A stretch of DNA of 64,000 nt. Source: Saccostrea echinata (taxonomy: Eukaryota). Positions 1 to 13,292 of this stretch are shown piece by piece. Location: positions 11,904,001 through 11,968,000 of the forward strand of contig NW_026889772.1 in the NCBI RefSeq assembly GCF_033153115.1. Direction: 5' to 3'. Position 1 is the stretch's first letter. Each line of letters begins with the position of its first letter. The position numbers and the translations under genes are program-made. The notes beneath the pieces were generated by a model. The model made no database searches, had not been told where the DNA came from, and saw only the letters and a program-made list of their open reading frames with translations.

Positions 1-31
1 TTATTGCAGATTGTATCCGAACAACCGATCA

Positions 32-200
32 NNNNNNNNNNNNNNNNNNNNNNNNNNNNNNNNNNNNNNNNNNNNNNNNNNNNNNNNNNNNNNNNNNNNN
101 NNNNNNNNNNNNNNNNNNNNNNNNNNNNNNNNNNNNNNNNNNNNNNNNNNNNNNNNNNNNNNNNNNNNNNNNNNNNNNNNNNNNNNNNNNNNNNNNNNNN
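32..200. other. Assembly gap (N run)
   Basis: Run of N. Confidence 0.99.
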
Positions 201-489
201 GGTAGCTAAAATTTTAAAGAATAACATTATTTTAATTGAAATTATAGCTCTTTGTTACATAAAACTATATATGTACGAAAATTGACATCTCTACACCCCG
301 CACCTTATTTTCTGTTATATTTTGAAAATTTGAAACATGAATTTAATAGCTTACCCAGAATTTAGTTACTTTGTCAGATGGCTACAAAATTGAACATCAG
401 TAATTTGCTTTGGTAGTTATAATAACTTTGGCATATTTTGACACCACCTCCCCTCCCCCCCCCCCACCCCATCCCCCTTTCCGATGAAA

Positions 490-775
490 TGTATGGAGAT
501 AACGAACAGTATTCAAGCTCAAAAGTCCATTAAACAATACACATTTTGGAGCAGAGCAAACACGGACCTCTAAAACATCAGAGGTGGGATCAGGTGCCAT
601 GGAAGAGTGAGCATCCCCTACCGACCGGTCACACCCGCCGTGTGCTCCTTGTCATCCTCGGGTAATAACGTCAGCATTTGACTTAATGATAAATTGTATT
701 TGCTGACAAGGTCATTGTATCGACCATAGAACTTATGACATGACGACTTTAAACGAGACTGCTGATATTCTTGTT
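490..775 (-). mobile_element. Naiad (Penelope-like) 3'-terminal fragment
   Basis: Reverse complement matches the 3' UTR and RT C-terminus of the 53870-56360 element (GGAGATAACGAACAGTATTCAAGCTC...GAGGTGGGATCAGGTGCCATGG...). Confidence 0.9.
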
Positions 776-1149
776 GCGGTAAAAATTATTAAACTATATA
801 TTTGATGTATTTTTTATACTGGACTTTACAGAATTTATGCTATAATTGAAACGGATAATCTTCAAGTGACTCGATTTCAAGGAGGATAATGAGTAATGAT
901 TTTATGGTTTTGTTCATGTTCCGATGGCTGATCGATGTCAATCAAATCTCTTCTATAGTTCACTGTGAGTTACCTATTGCTAGCACACTTGTTGATTGAC
1001 AAGCGCAAAACTTTACACCCAAAAGAAAACAAATTATCATTGGTTTGAAACCGATTGTATGAACTTGATATACATCTCCACATGAAGCAGAATTTATTTG
1101 CATCCCCAGATGCATCCATGTACATTTGGTCTAGGTTGTTCTAATATTT

Positions 1150-1650
1150 GCTTGCAAATGGATCTGATCTGAACATTTTCTCTTAGTCACCTACTTGAAG
1201 ATTTGCAGCATTCGAAGGAAGTCTGATGGAAATAGACCTGCTCTGAACACTTTTACCTGGTCACTTACTTGAAGATTTGCAGCATTCGAAGCAAATCCGG
1301 TGCTAATGGACCTGGCCCCAGGATCATGAAACAGACTTAAGACAAATTTCCAATCGCCTGTAAAATGTTGATTTATTAACGAATTAATCTCTAAACTTGC
1401 AGATAACAACTCTTTTGTAAAGAATGCTCTGAATATTTTCACTTGGTCACTTAAACCGGTACTTGAAAGATTTGTAGCCATTCGAAGCAAGTCTGATGCA
1501 AATGGACTTGCTTTGAACATTTTCACCTGGTCAACTACTGAAAGATTTGCAACCATTCGGAGTAAGTCTGAAGCAAATGAACTTACTATGAACATTTTCA
1601 CCTGGTCACTTCCTTTAAGTTTCTAGCATTCGAAGCAAATCTGATAAAAG
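1150..1650 (-). repeat. Degenerate ~75-bp tandem repeat with coding-like periodicity (DQVKMFxASxFASDLLRMxxNL)
   Basis: Repeated units such as CATTCGAAGCAAGTCTGATGCAAATGGACTTGCTTTGAACATTTTCACCTGGTCA; ORF 1191-1601 shows the ~25-aa motif several times, with frame shifts between some units. Confidence 0.6.
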
Positions 1651-1904
1651 GTATCCTGCAGGTTTGAATGAGGTAGGGTTATGTAGTTTCTGAGGTTATA
1701 GATCACCATAGTTTAACATTACAAATATAACAATAATTGTCCTAACTCAAATATAGTATGAGAAGCAAACCTAGTTTGCTATGGCTAGCTTTTAATCAAT
1801 AAAAGTTCGTTTGTCTTGTTGAAATGCAGAAAGTAATTGTTGACTCTTACATAATATACTGTTATATGCCCGTATTCCCAAATGAACCTACAGACCTGTT
1901 AGAA

Positions 1905-2265
1905 CCAATCGCACAAATGAGATAAAATAACCCGTCTGGGATATGATATCCCAAATAAGATATAAATTTACAGTGCAAAAAATGATTTTTTTTTTTTTAA
2001 ATTTTGGCTATAAATATCATAAAAAGGAATAACTTTTGGCAAGCAAGCTTTTCTGCAAACCTACAGGTTTGTTAGATTGATCCTCAAGTAGTGTAGGAAC
2101 TTCCAAGGGATCAATCTTCTAAACAGTGGACACACAGAAAATGTCGTTAACCAAAAGTTATTCCAATAAGTATCTTGATGCGGATTTATGATATTTATAG
2201 CCAAAATAATATTTTCATTTTTTGCACTGTAAAATTATATCCCCATTTGGGCGATTGGTCCCAAC
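1905..2265. mobile_element. MITE-like inverted-repeat element
   Basis: TTTACAGTGCAAAAAATGA...TTTGGCTATAAATATCATAAA (~1965-2025) is the reverse complement of TTTATGATATTTATAGCCAAA...TCATTTTTTGCACTGTAAA (~2185-2235). Confidence 0.6.
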
Positions 2266-2974
2266 CTGATAAACACAATAATTTATATGGACATTTACAT
2301 GATTAATTCCATTCATACCCATGGGGTACAGTTAGAGTAATAGGAAAACAAACATTTACATACCTCTCTCTAGGTGAAATACATGCACAAGGTCTGCCTT
2401 TATTTGTTAGAGAAGTATCATCATGTTTTATATAAAGTAAATAAAATAATTGCATTGCAAAATATCGAGCCCTTCTTCGGCGTGCTGCTGGCATTTAAAA
2501 GGATCCGTTATACATGCTACTCATTGCTCTAAATGTGGTGCTAAAAATACCCTCAGCTCAATTTTATTGAATATATTTTTGTCTGTGGGCTGTAAACATA
2601 GGGAAAGCTGTAATAACCATAAACCACCAAATAAAGGGTTAATAGCAGTATGGAAACTTGGTTTTCAATATAAAAGAGTTATTTGTTATTTAAGGGAATA
2701 AACAAATAAAACCCTTTTTCGGACCTCAAGCATTTAAAATCCAATAAGTAGACCCAGTCACGGTCTAGAAATCACTTAAGTGTCCGAACTACACTCTATA
2801 CCCGTCAATTCATGACAGGCTTGTTGCTAATTATATTATTCTAATCTCGCCCGAATACAAAATAATTTATCAACGCTTGGAAAAGACCAAACTTTCTACT
2901 TGCAATCGGAAAAATACGATCATTTATTCATGCATTTTGTAAATGAAAAACAACATGTCCACTAATATCCTAAA

Positions 2975-3322
2975 ATATACAATTATTATACAATACAAAT
3001 GGAATATTATACAATTCAAATGGAAAGATGTGCAATGCAAATGGAAAATTATACAATAAAAATGGAAAAATACACAATACAAGCGGGAAATTACAGAATA
3101 AAAATGAAAAATTAAAGAATACAATTAAAAATTATACAATTCAAATGGAAAATTATACAATGCAAATAGAAAATTGTAGAATACAAATGGAAAATTATAC
3201 AATACAAATTGAAAAATATTCAATACAAATAAAAAAAAATACAATATAAATGGAAAAAATTATACAATACAAATAGAAAATTGTAGAATACAATGGGAAA
3301 TTATACAATACAAATGGAAAAG
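2975..3322 (+). repeat. ~21-bp minisatellite (AATACAAATGGAAAATTATAC)n
   Basis: Tandem imperfect units visible directly. Confidence 0.9.
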
Positions 3323-3874
3323 ATCGAATATTGCTACGTTTGACGTGCCATAGTTATCATGTTAAAACTTCGTAATTTATCAGCCAACAACACACTTTAT
3401 CCACCCGGGAAATTTTTAAATGATATATAAATTTCTGTAAAAGATAAAAGCTCAGTCTACGGCATATCGCTTTTTCTTTGCTTATTGCAGATACTGGACG
3501 AATTTTTGTTTTAGCAATTCACAAGATGAATTCCCATAAAAGCGCGGCGAATTGAATTTTTATCATTGCTGCTGTACTCACCTACAGTCCAATTCTACTG
3601 ACGGTTAGTTACAGGCTTATAGCAGGAAGAAATTAAATACTTTGTTTAACATCCCACAGTTAGTTTAAGAGCAGAAGTATTCCACCCTATCTCTTTTTGT
3701 AAATACTTGAAAAATACCATTTTCATTTATAATTGACGTGTTCTTTTTACATGTTAACGACTTTATCTTGATACCTGTTGTATATACATACACATATTTT
3801 ACTGATAAATTATTCGCACAACTTACTAACATCCTTTTGATATGTAAATATATCAAAAACTTACAGTGTTATAA

Positions 3875-4129
3875 CAGGTCCGTAGAAACGGTTTCTAAAG
3901 TGGAAAGGAGGGGGCACCCCCCCAATAAAAAAATCTGACAAGCCAAAAAAAACCTCCTTAACTGCTCATTTCCTGGAATTTGCCAGTGCTCGACCTTACA
4001 GCAACAAAAGGTGGGGGAGGGGGCAACAACCATCATCTAAAGGTAAATTTACTATAGCAAAATACTATAATACTTAGGAAAAAGTCGGTGGGTGGGGGCG
4101 CCCCCCCTCCCTCGCGTTCTACGGGCTTG
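3875..4129. mobile_element. MITE with short terminal inverted repeats
   Basis: CAGGTCCGTAGAA ... TTCTACGGGCTTG inverted termini and G/C-run-rich interior. Confidence 0.55.
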
Positions 4130-6964
4130 TATCAATTGCTTAACCATTATTTCCATGCCCATTCACATCAAAACTTTTGTTTTTCTTTTTTAAATGATTC
4201 GATGTTTCAAGTTTCACCCATTGACATTAAAAGTTCAAATTCAATTGTCTCTAATGTCCAAAAGATTAAACTTGTGTATGAATCATGAAGATTTAAGATG
4301 ATGTCTTTTTACGGTTGTACAAGATTGATATGAATTTCCATTGAATGCATTTTTTGTGTATTATACTGCTTATGAATACGGAAAAATTATAATTCTTCAT
4401 TTACTTTTACGTATTATCATAGAACATGTTCAAAAAGAAAAATTCTATTAGGTACATGTATGACGTTTCTTGATGATAAATTAAGGTAGTTATTAGGTAT
4501 AAATAGGACACTTCACAGCACTTTTTTTTTATTAACTTAAAAGATAAAAGCAAAATTTTCCCAAAATTACAAAGTTCAGAAAAGTTTTGGACCTTTTAAA
4601 AGTTGTCAAAATACTGCGATTGATTATTTCCAATAATAACTTTAAAGATATTCTGAGCAACCATTGAAAAGTCTCAATCAAAACAAAATGAAATTACAAG
4701 GTTCACTGAATCTTATTGTCTTTTTTTTATCCTTTGAAGTCTATACAATCAACTTAAACAAAATAAGCACTGTTACATTCGCTTCTAGTATAGTTAATTT
4801 CAACTATGCCTTCCATATACAAAAAAACACACGGATTAAAGAAAGTAGCTGGCCCATATCAAAACAACTTGGACGACCTTGAACACACTGGTTTATGGAT
4901 TAGAAAAATATCTGTAATGTCGGCCGCAGCAAACATTCCAGTGACCTTTGAATAACCCGATCGCCAAGTGACAATGCCAATGAGCCGTGAATAATTCCAA
5001 TACACATCCGGGTTTGTTTACAACGCAAAATGCACATGCTGCACAATGATTTCGCAGAAGTGAAATATGAGAAGCCATGGCAAATTCTTAGACCTACAAT
5101 CTACATTCTAATTGGCGAGTTGGACGGATAGGGAAGTAATATTGTGAAAAAATCAAGTAAGTGTTAAATTTCGCTTTTCAAAGATGTTCTTTCTTTCTTT
5201 CTTTCTTTTTTTTAATTTAAACAGAAATTAATTACCATTTTGTCAAGGATTTTGAGAATGGTTTGTCATGCTAGTGAAATCGGGTAGTATAATATATCGC
5301 ATGAGATCCACTGGATATATATGACTATAATTATTTAATGCTGGGAAAGGGATCGAGGAACTTGAATATGAATATATAAAATGATTTTAGGATGATTTAT
5401 TTTCACATTTAACGCAAAACATTGATCAACACATTTTAAAATCACTAATATGTAGTCATGGAATGTCGTAACCCTGGAATAATATGTAATAATGAGAATA
5501 AATAAATACGCATTTATATTTACTAAAAATATCGATGCAACTTTAACAAAATTAATCCAATACAATGCAATATGCAAATTGTACTTCTATCTATCGTGAA
5601 GTATCCATCCAATACTTGAACCCAACATCCGTTTGTTTAACAATGCCCCATTAGAAGCAGTGTGCCATAAAGCTTTATTTCTTTATTTCAGAAACATGAC
5701 CCTGGATTCTAGATCCACCCCAAAAGTAACACGTTAACCCAATTCCTGCGATCGACCATCTTTTTAATTGAGTGAAGTAGCGCCCGCTGAGCCCATCGTA
5801 AACAGGGCAGTTAGTCATACTGCTGGTGATCAATAGAGAAGCAGGCGGCCTTGATCCTCAAGCTCTTGTTTACATCCTCACTCGAGGGAGAGGGAAATAG
5901 AAGAAAATCTTTTAATTTCAGATGCGGGGTTGTCATCGTACGTCACTGATTGGATCTTTAACCAATTGCAAGGTAAGGGAAATGTTTATATTTAGTTATT
6001 CTGTTATTATTGAGTTATACACAGTGGTTTAATTTTTCATTGAGTATAAAAATATTCATTAAAAATTATATTAAAGTATCTTTTGAAATGTAAACAAAAT
6101 AAATGTATATATTTGTAGTACAAAAGACATACATTTTATGTACCATGCAAGTATAAAATTTTATCCACCAAGTGTAAGATGGGGAATATATATATTATCT
6201 GAAATGATATTTTTCCGACAACCATTTATTTATTTTTTTTTTTCGATATACGTGTATAAGTTTTAATGCTTAGTCAAGAACAGAAAATTCTTGTCATAAA
6301 AGTGAAATTTAGAAATTTCAGTCTGGTCTTGCAAACAATTTTTGAAATAGAAATGGTGCAGTTCTGGCATATTCTTGTTTACTAGTATTTCATCATATTT
6401 CTGACTCTGGCCTTCGCGTTCTTATCTCTACATGCTGATATAGAAGCTGTATGTGCGTTTTACTTGATAATTTTTCACATGAAGTTCTGAAGAGAAAGCT
6501 GACACTTAAGAACTGATTGGTCTCTGGGTTTTCAACAGTTATGAAATGCTCGACCATTCCGACTACGTCAGAAAAACCTAATTAGTCACCAAACAGTATC
6601 CAGTGGTTGACATCTCCTCTCTGAATCAATAGCTTCAGAAGTACCGTGTAATCACCTGTCCGGTATTGGATTAGTGGTACACTTGATGGGCTTTTAAGAC
6701 CAACATCTGTCAAGTCAAATTTCTCGTTCGTCTTTTATATCATAGCAAAAGCGTTCTTACTAAGTCTCGGCTGCAACGCTCAATAACTCTGTGGCTTGCC
6801 AAGTAAATCTTTGTGATGATGTTTGTGCCAGTTTGTAACAATAGTTGAAAACAAAATATAAAAACAATTGTTAATCCCATGTACATTTTCTCTCTTTTTT
6901 TCATTGATAGACTACACTAGTTTTTCTTCTTTTTCCCCCCTGCAATAGCATTTAATTCCTTTGT

Positions 6965-7500
6965 AGATATAGGAATGAACATTGGCTTCGTTGATCTAAA
7001 ATTTGTGCAGTAACTTTAGTGGCATGCAAATCCAGTGCTCACTGGGTCAGGTTGCATTTTGGAAAGATATGGCAGTTTTACTTAACAGGGTGTAGGCGTT
7101 TAAATGCGCAATGATTTCGTTGAAATCCTTTATTTAAGATTACTGCGACTCTATTTTCATGATGACATAAGCTTGAGATGAAGAATTTGTTATTCTATCA
7201 GGAATGAACATGTTGACTTAATTGATCTAAAATAAGACGTCTTTCATTTGTGCAATAACATTGACTTAGTGATCTAAAATTAGACGTCTTTCATTTATGC
7301 AGTAATTTAAGTGACATGCAAATCCAATACTCCCTGGGTCAGGTTGCATATTTGATAGATCTATGGCAGTCTAGTTAGGTAGCAGGCTTTTAAATGCGCG
7401 ATGTTTTTGTTGAAATGCCTTTGATTGTCCAGAAATGCGAGACCTAGAATTAGCAAAGATTACTGTGACTTTATTGTCACGATGACATGAGCTTGAAGTG
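6965..7500 (+). repeat. Local direct duplication (~250-300 bp unit)
   Basis: GGAATGAACA...TGATCTAAAA...CATGCAAATCCA...CTGGGTCAGGTTGCAT...TTAAATGCGC occurs at ~6970-7190 and again at ~7200-7500. Confidence 0.75.
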
Positions 7501-8841
7501 AAGATGACATAATTATATCCTACATCAGCTGTGTGAACGATGTTCAGTAAATACTTGAATTCTGTACAGAATGTAAATATTGGCCTCTTAACATGCACTT
7601 AACATGCTCTTAACATGCAATTCTTGTGCACTTGGCACAAGGATACCCTTCATAAATAGCTCAATTTGTTTGGTTGCTATTTTCTACTGAGGGCATTGTG
7701 CCTTTAAGTGGAATCATAATAAACCTGATGGTGTGTTATTAATTTATACTTAAAGGTGTTAATAGTAAACATGTTTACGACATATTGCCTGTTCCTCAGT
7801 ATTAAATCGATACAATGACAAATATATATTACAAGTGGTACTTTTACAGTGGCTTGGACATTGGATAGTTTGTGGGTCAAGGATCGGATTCTCTTGTTTA
7901 TCTTCTTTCTTGTGTTGAACTATATATACATCTCATCTTTTGTTCTCTTACTCTCTGTGTACTTTAACACGGGGGATTTTACAGCTTTATGTTCACTGTT
8001 TATGGTAAGCTTTGTAAATACATTCTCTTTAAATGTGTTTTGAACGCTATTTATGCCTGAAGCGTTAAGTATTTGAAAAGAAACTTAAATTCTTAACATG
8101 TATGTCTGTATGTATTTTTGAGAATTTTTAAAATAATTCTTGACTTTTGGCAAGCTAAAAATATTATTCCAGCGCCACATAGGCATGTATACGTAAATAT
8201 TATCAATTTTGGAAAAAAGGGGCAAGCCCCCCCCCCCCCCCGTCCCCTCAATACCACGTGCCTGACATCCAAATTCAATTTTTGGAAAACTGTATATCAA
8301 AAGCAAAGAACTGTATTTCTTTCTAATATGTGAAGATGAAAACTGATACAATAGAATGTGTCCCTTGAATGATAAAGAACATCAACGTGATTCACTAAAC
8401 TAATGGAAAACGTTTGCAAAAGTTTAATAGATCATGTACAAATATCTGTTGGATATAAACTGTTAGATAGAAAATACAGTGTGTATATGGGCATGCGTAT
8501 TGGATTGCTCTTGTTAGTGTGAAATGACACTCCATTACCACACCTCTAAGCAAATTTTATTTTGAACCAAAGTCAGTCAACATGTAGCATAAAAAGCACC
8601 AAAATACCCTTGAATATCCTTTTTGATACGATTATACTACCAACTGCCTTCTTCTTGATCTTGTTCCTATGTGAACATGATAAAGTTAGATGGAATTTAC
8701 ATTTTTCTTATCTAGTTGTTATTTTTTTCTCTTCTTTTTTTCGAAACAATATATCATCAGTCATTATAATTTGAACAAAGAGTTAATTACATTTGTTCAA
8801 TTTTATTTTTACAGATTGCTGCCAAAATTTCACATATCGGG

Positions 8842-9423
8842 ATGATGCTTAGAGAGGATCGCCATCAACGATTACTTCCCCATCTTCCTCTGGCGTCACA
8901 ATTACCAAACAGTCGAGAAATCATCATTGATTGGATGTCAGATGACCATGTGACTCAAACGTATGACCTAATTCAGCAGTGCGCTGAAGATGGACATGGA
9001 TTTGGTGTGGATGAATTTGAAAATGAAGAAGATTTTCGTGAGGAAATTAGAGAATCATTTTGTTTTGTGGTTATGGACAGATCAACAAAAGAAATGCTTG
9101 CATCATTCATTATGACGTCAAGTAAGTTTTATCGCGGTTCTCCGGATGCCGTGGATCCATATATTATCGTTAGACCCCATGACCGCCAAAAGGGAATTGG
9201 CGAATTTTGTATGAGAAAAGTTTTGGAATTCTCTGAAATTCTTGGATATCAAGGCATGTATGTGGACACCTTTTGCAACAATACAGGAATGCAGAAAATC
9301 CTTGCAAAGCTCGGTGGTTTCATGAAATGTGGATGCCTTCCCATGGGGGGAAAACTGAAAAACGGAAATATCATTGCCTCTCTGATTTTCTTCCGTGATC
9401 TTACAAAGTACTCCAATGGTTGA
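8842..9423 (+). CDS. GNAT-family N-acetyltransferase, possibly Mpr1 / L-azetidine-2-carboxylate acetyltransferase-like
   Basis: 193-aa ORF with acetyl-CoA motif A (IIVRPHDRQKGIGEFCM) and motif B (NTGMQKILAKLGGF..CG.LP.GG). The acceptor tttacag|ATT at 8815 is in frame, so an N-terminal extension from upstream exons is possible. Confidence 0.85.
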   Translation: MMLREDRHQRLLPHLPLASQLPNSREIIIDWMSDDHVTQTYDLIQQCAEDGHGFGVDEFENEEDFREEIRESFCFVVMDRSTKEMLASFIMTSSKFYRGSPDAVDPYIIVRPHDRQKGIGEFCMRKVLEFSEILGYQGMYVDTFCNNTGMQKILAKLGGFMKCGCLPMGGKLKNGNIIASLIFFRDLTKYSNG

Positions 9424-9619
9424 TTACATCCAGAAGGTAAAAATGAAAAAAGGAAGGTATATTGTGAAAGAGACCGAGCTCTTCGCCAGATGGATACTTG
9501 CAAGTGGTTACAATAACCCGACCCCACATATCAAACTATGTTAAAGGGGCCTGTTCTTTTTTCTTCACCACTTGAACAGACTTACATGTACAATATGTGC
9601 ATTGTAACGATCCGATCGA

Positions 9620-9621
<2 letters not shown>

Positions 9622-9701
<80 letters not shown>
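9622..9701. repeat. (TA)n microsatellite
   Basis: About 40 TA units. Confidence 0.99.
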
Positions 9702-9703
<2 letters not shown>

Positions 9704-10299
9704 GTATGAGGACATAAAGCAGTGCATGAAATAAAAGTTGATATTATCATGCACGTGAGTAAAAATCTTTGACAAATCTTTGATTGTTAGATGCATATGA
9801 CCAATTCATCAATTGTATAAATGGCAGGGATGCACCTACTATGTTATTAAGATTTCAGAGCACTATTTTTAAAGCGAGATTTTTACAAACTTTATATTCT
9901 TGCAATAAATCCTGTTCCATCTTTCTTTCTTGTCCATTATTTGAAAAGAATCTATGAAAAATGTATATGCACTGGTTCATCTACGGACTGGTTCATCTAT
10001 GGACTGGCTCATTTTGTTCTGGTTCATCTGTGGACTGGTTCACTGTTGAAGGTTGTTGGCAGAGTTATTTTTAGGGACAGTACTTCATTGTTTAAAGGAA
10101 ATCATCAGTCACAAAAAGAAAAAAAATCTTTTTGATAGCTCACGTGGATATTTGTTCTAACCGTAGCCGACGGGATATATGTCTGAACTTGTTCTTACAT
10201 GTATAACCACATTGATATGAAGAAAACCATCATCGAGGTGCCAGTATGATAACTGAATTTCAAAAGCAGGAATATTTTATGAGCTAAGAATTAAATTAC

Positions 10300-11320
10300 T
10301 TGGATCCAGAAAGACCACTTCCACCCCAGTTGGTGTAACTGATAGTCGAAAGGTTTTCTTGCCAGAGGAATTCATGAAGTTCCCTGTAACAGTAGACTGT
10401 ACATGCACATACTGAAATAATTCAAAACCCCTCAACTGAATGATTTGAAAAGATCTTCTAACACCTTCCCATACTTCTTTTCACAACTTTACCTAATAAA
10501 ATAAAAATCAAAACTTTTGTTTAAAAGTATGTGTAGTTTGTCTTGTGAATAACTGTAAATCATATTAGAACTTTAATATATGAATTCCATTCTTCGGTAA
10601 TTACATTTCCACTGTTTAAGGAACACTTCTTTATAAATGGAGTTTGGACCTATAGGGCCGGGATTGGTTTTAGTCTTTACAAAAAGTTTGTCTTTTACCG
10701 TTCTGGTCAATGACTTTAGGCCACATACATGTACTAATTTGTTTTGCATAAATCATTTTATTTCAGTCTGTAGAGGTAGGAAGAATCTTTTCATAGACAT
10801 TAACTATGAAGCATGATATTGTCAACGCATTTTGAGTCCGTTATCTCAAAATGTTATTTGATTTTTTTTCTTTTCATTATAATGGTAATGTCTATAGTCT
10901 TAATGCTTTTCATTTAACAGCACATTTCCGTGGATATAAAAACGTTGCCGTTAATGTACGCTTATACAAATCCAAGGGGGTGCAGTTACTGATATGTAGC
11001 CCTACTGTTTCAAAACTTGAAATCTGAATTTAGAACATTGACTAAAAGAGTACATGTATGTAATTGTAATCATATTATATTAAGCTCGTATAATACAAGC
11101 TATGCGTATACTTTCCAGCACAATAACCCAGACAATTACAAACGGAATAAAAGCAATGTAACACACTGAGTTCATTAGATTCTAAGGAATTTATTTACAA
11201 TAGAATTCCACCACAGCTCACAGCTCATTGCAGATGAAATGCCTGTATCGAGCAACACAGAGTGAATAATTCTTGTCCTCAATGACAATGACTTTATTCT
11301 CGTAAATGTACAAACATACA
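10300..11320 (-). pseudogene. C-type-lectin-like exon fragments
   Basis: AG/GT-bounded exon 10383-10300 reads ELHEFLWQENLSTISYTNWGGSGLSGS. AG-bounded exon 11320-11218 reads VCLYIYENKVIVIEDKNYSLCVARYRHFICNEL* followed by AATAAA. No complete gene could be assembled. Confidence 0.4.
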
Positions 11321-13135
11321 CTGTAGAGAGGAGCTAGGAAAAGATACATACACAATTTGTTTGACAATCAACAATTTGCATATTTTTTTTTTCAATACTG
11401 AACAATATGTTGTTGAAAGAAGTTGTTTAAATTTCTCTGTTTATTTGGTCTGTATGTGAGATAATTTGAGATATATTTTAACCTAGCCTCTTTGATTTCT
11501 TTTTGTGTGCATACAACTTGAACTAAAATATATTTTATCTTAAAATTCAAGGTATTTCTGGCTATTAGAATAGATGGTATAATTATGAACCAGGTTGTCA
11601 AAAACAGGTTTCCTTATTTTTTCACAAAAGCATAACATTAGAATGGTAACCTACATGTAACATGAAGAGCTACTGCAACGTTGAATAATTTAAGGGAAAA
11701 AAAGAAATGAATGAATAAACTAGATAAAATTGTGTTCATCGTATCGATCAGGTCCCAAATGAAGCTGTATGAATTCTAAGATATTTATTTGATAAGATAC
11801 TATTTTCGATCCTTGGCTCTAGCAACTGTCTTTCTTTCAGTTATATTTTACAGCAAAGAATCTATACATATTTTTTACCATCAAAGGATCCTAGTAATCC
11901 ACAGATTTCCTATACCAGTTCTATTTTATGAGAAAAAAAATGTTTTCTTTGACTTATCACCTTCGCTGTGATTTTCAGTTAATAGACCTAATTGATTTAG
12001 ATGATGTTTACTTGTGTTGTACAGAGAGTTTTTGCAACACTTTGTGGTTTTGAAAAACATATTTGTGGGAGGTTTCCGATACCAACTGGGGGTAAATATC
12101 CGTCACTATTATTTCCCAATAGATTTCTCTTGACGAGCACCGGTTGTAAATGCGCCAAAGCCAATCCCATTCCTGCGCGTGATATTGTCTCTTGGAGAGT
12201 CACGATCTTTCTACAACAAATCGTTAATTTTATGACAAGAAGGAAATTTCTAGTATATAAAATATAATTTGTAATAATTTTTATATGTATTTTATTCAAT
12301 GTTTGAAAACCCAAGGAACATATTTATTTAGTTGCTATATGTACTAGTAATTTGACTGACTCCGCAATTCCAAAACCAAATAAGCGATTACCCTGTTTGT
12401 TTCATTTTGATTAAGGTTATTGATCACTTTTAAGGCTATATTTTTAGCGGAGGCAGTATATTTGTTCGAATGAATATAACTGTAGCATTGATCCTATTAC
12501 TTGGTCAATCTCTTTCGTTCACAAAGTTCGCGCACGAACTAAAATAGGTTAATAAGATTTAATAATCCAATAACCACGAAAACAAAAATTTGATGGGAGG
12601 TTATCATAAGGTCAGATCCAGTGATCCATTGCTATAAATATTCGCCATTAACGTATTAAATATATAAGAACGAGAGAGAAAAAAGATCGTGGAAATATAC
12701 ATAAAACCGTATGGCGGATTAATGCTTCAATTATGATTAAAGGCGATTTAGAGAGTATTGAGAATTAAATAGAATGAGTTAAAATTAAAGAGAAAATAAC
12801 AACCTGTCATAGTCACGGATAAACAGTCAAAGTCAAGGATCAACACTTTTTTTGTACGGTGTGGGAGAGTAATTCGCCGTCTATATTTCATAACCTTCTG
12901 TGAATAATGCCATGTATACATGTCCTCCATTCAACAGTTCAACATGCAAGTGATATCCATAAGGCCCAAATCATGTAGTGTTTGTCAAGAATTACTCTTG
13001 TCTGGCTTCTTTAGACCTCCAGAAAACACAAACAATTAAAGATTGTTTTTTTAACTTATAAAGCTTTAGATTTAAACAAGCATCTTTCTAAATTGATCAA
13101 AGTTTGCGCATACCTGATATATCGAGTAAATCAAA

Positions 13136-13226
13136 ATCCGGAACTGAACTTATTTGGTTCTGAAACTATTTAATCCTTCATTACCGGAAGTAAACAAAAC
13201 CCCATCGTCGAACTTCCAGGAAGTGA
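13136..13226. promoter_or_regulatory. Cluster of ETS/GABP-type motifs at the FAM8A1 promoter
   Basis: CCGGAACT (~13138), ACCGGAAGT (~13183) and CAGGAAGTG (~13217) lie 70-160 bp upstream of the ATG. Confidence 0.5.
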
Positions 13227-13292
13227 TAGTTGGTGAGTTACATCCCAATTTCGTACAGCAACACACAGAATTTGGGGTTTATAATTCGAAAA

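Noticed and set aside
2924-3249. ORFs with heptad-like repeats
   Set aside because: They are translations of a 21-bp minisatellite.
9249-9796. ORFs 9249-9527, 9536-9796 and 9565-9750
   Set aside because: One is antisense to the GNAT and two are (TA)n read-through artefacts.
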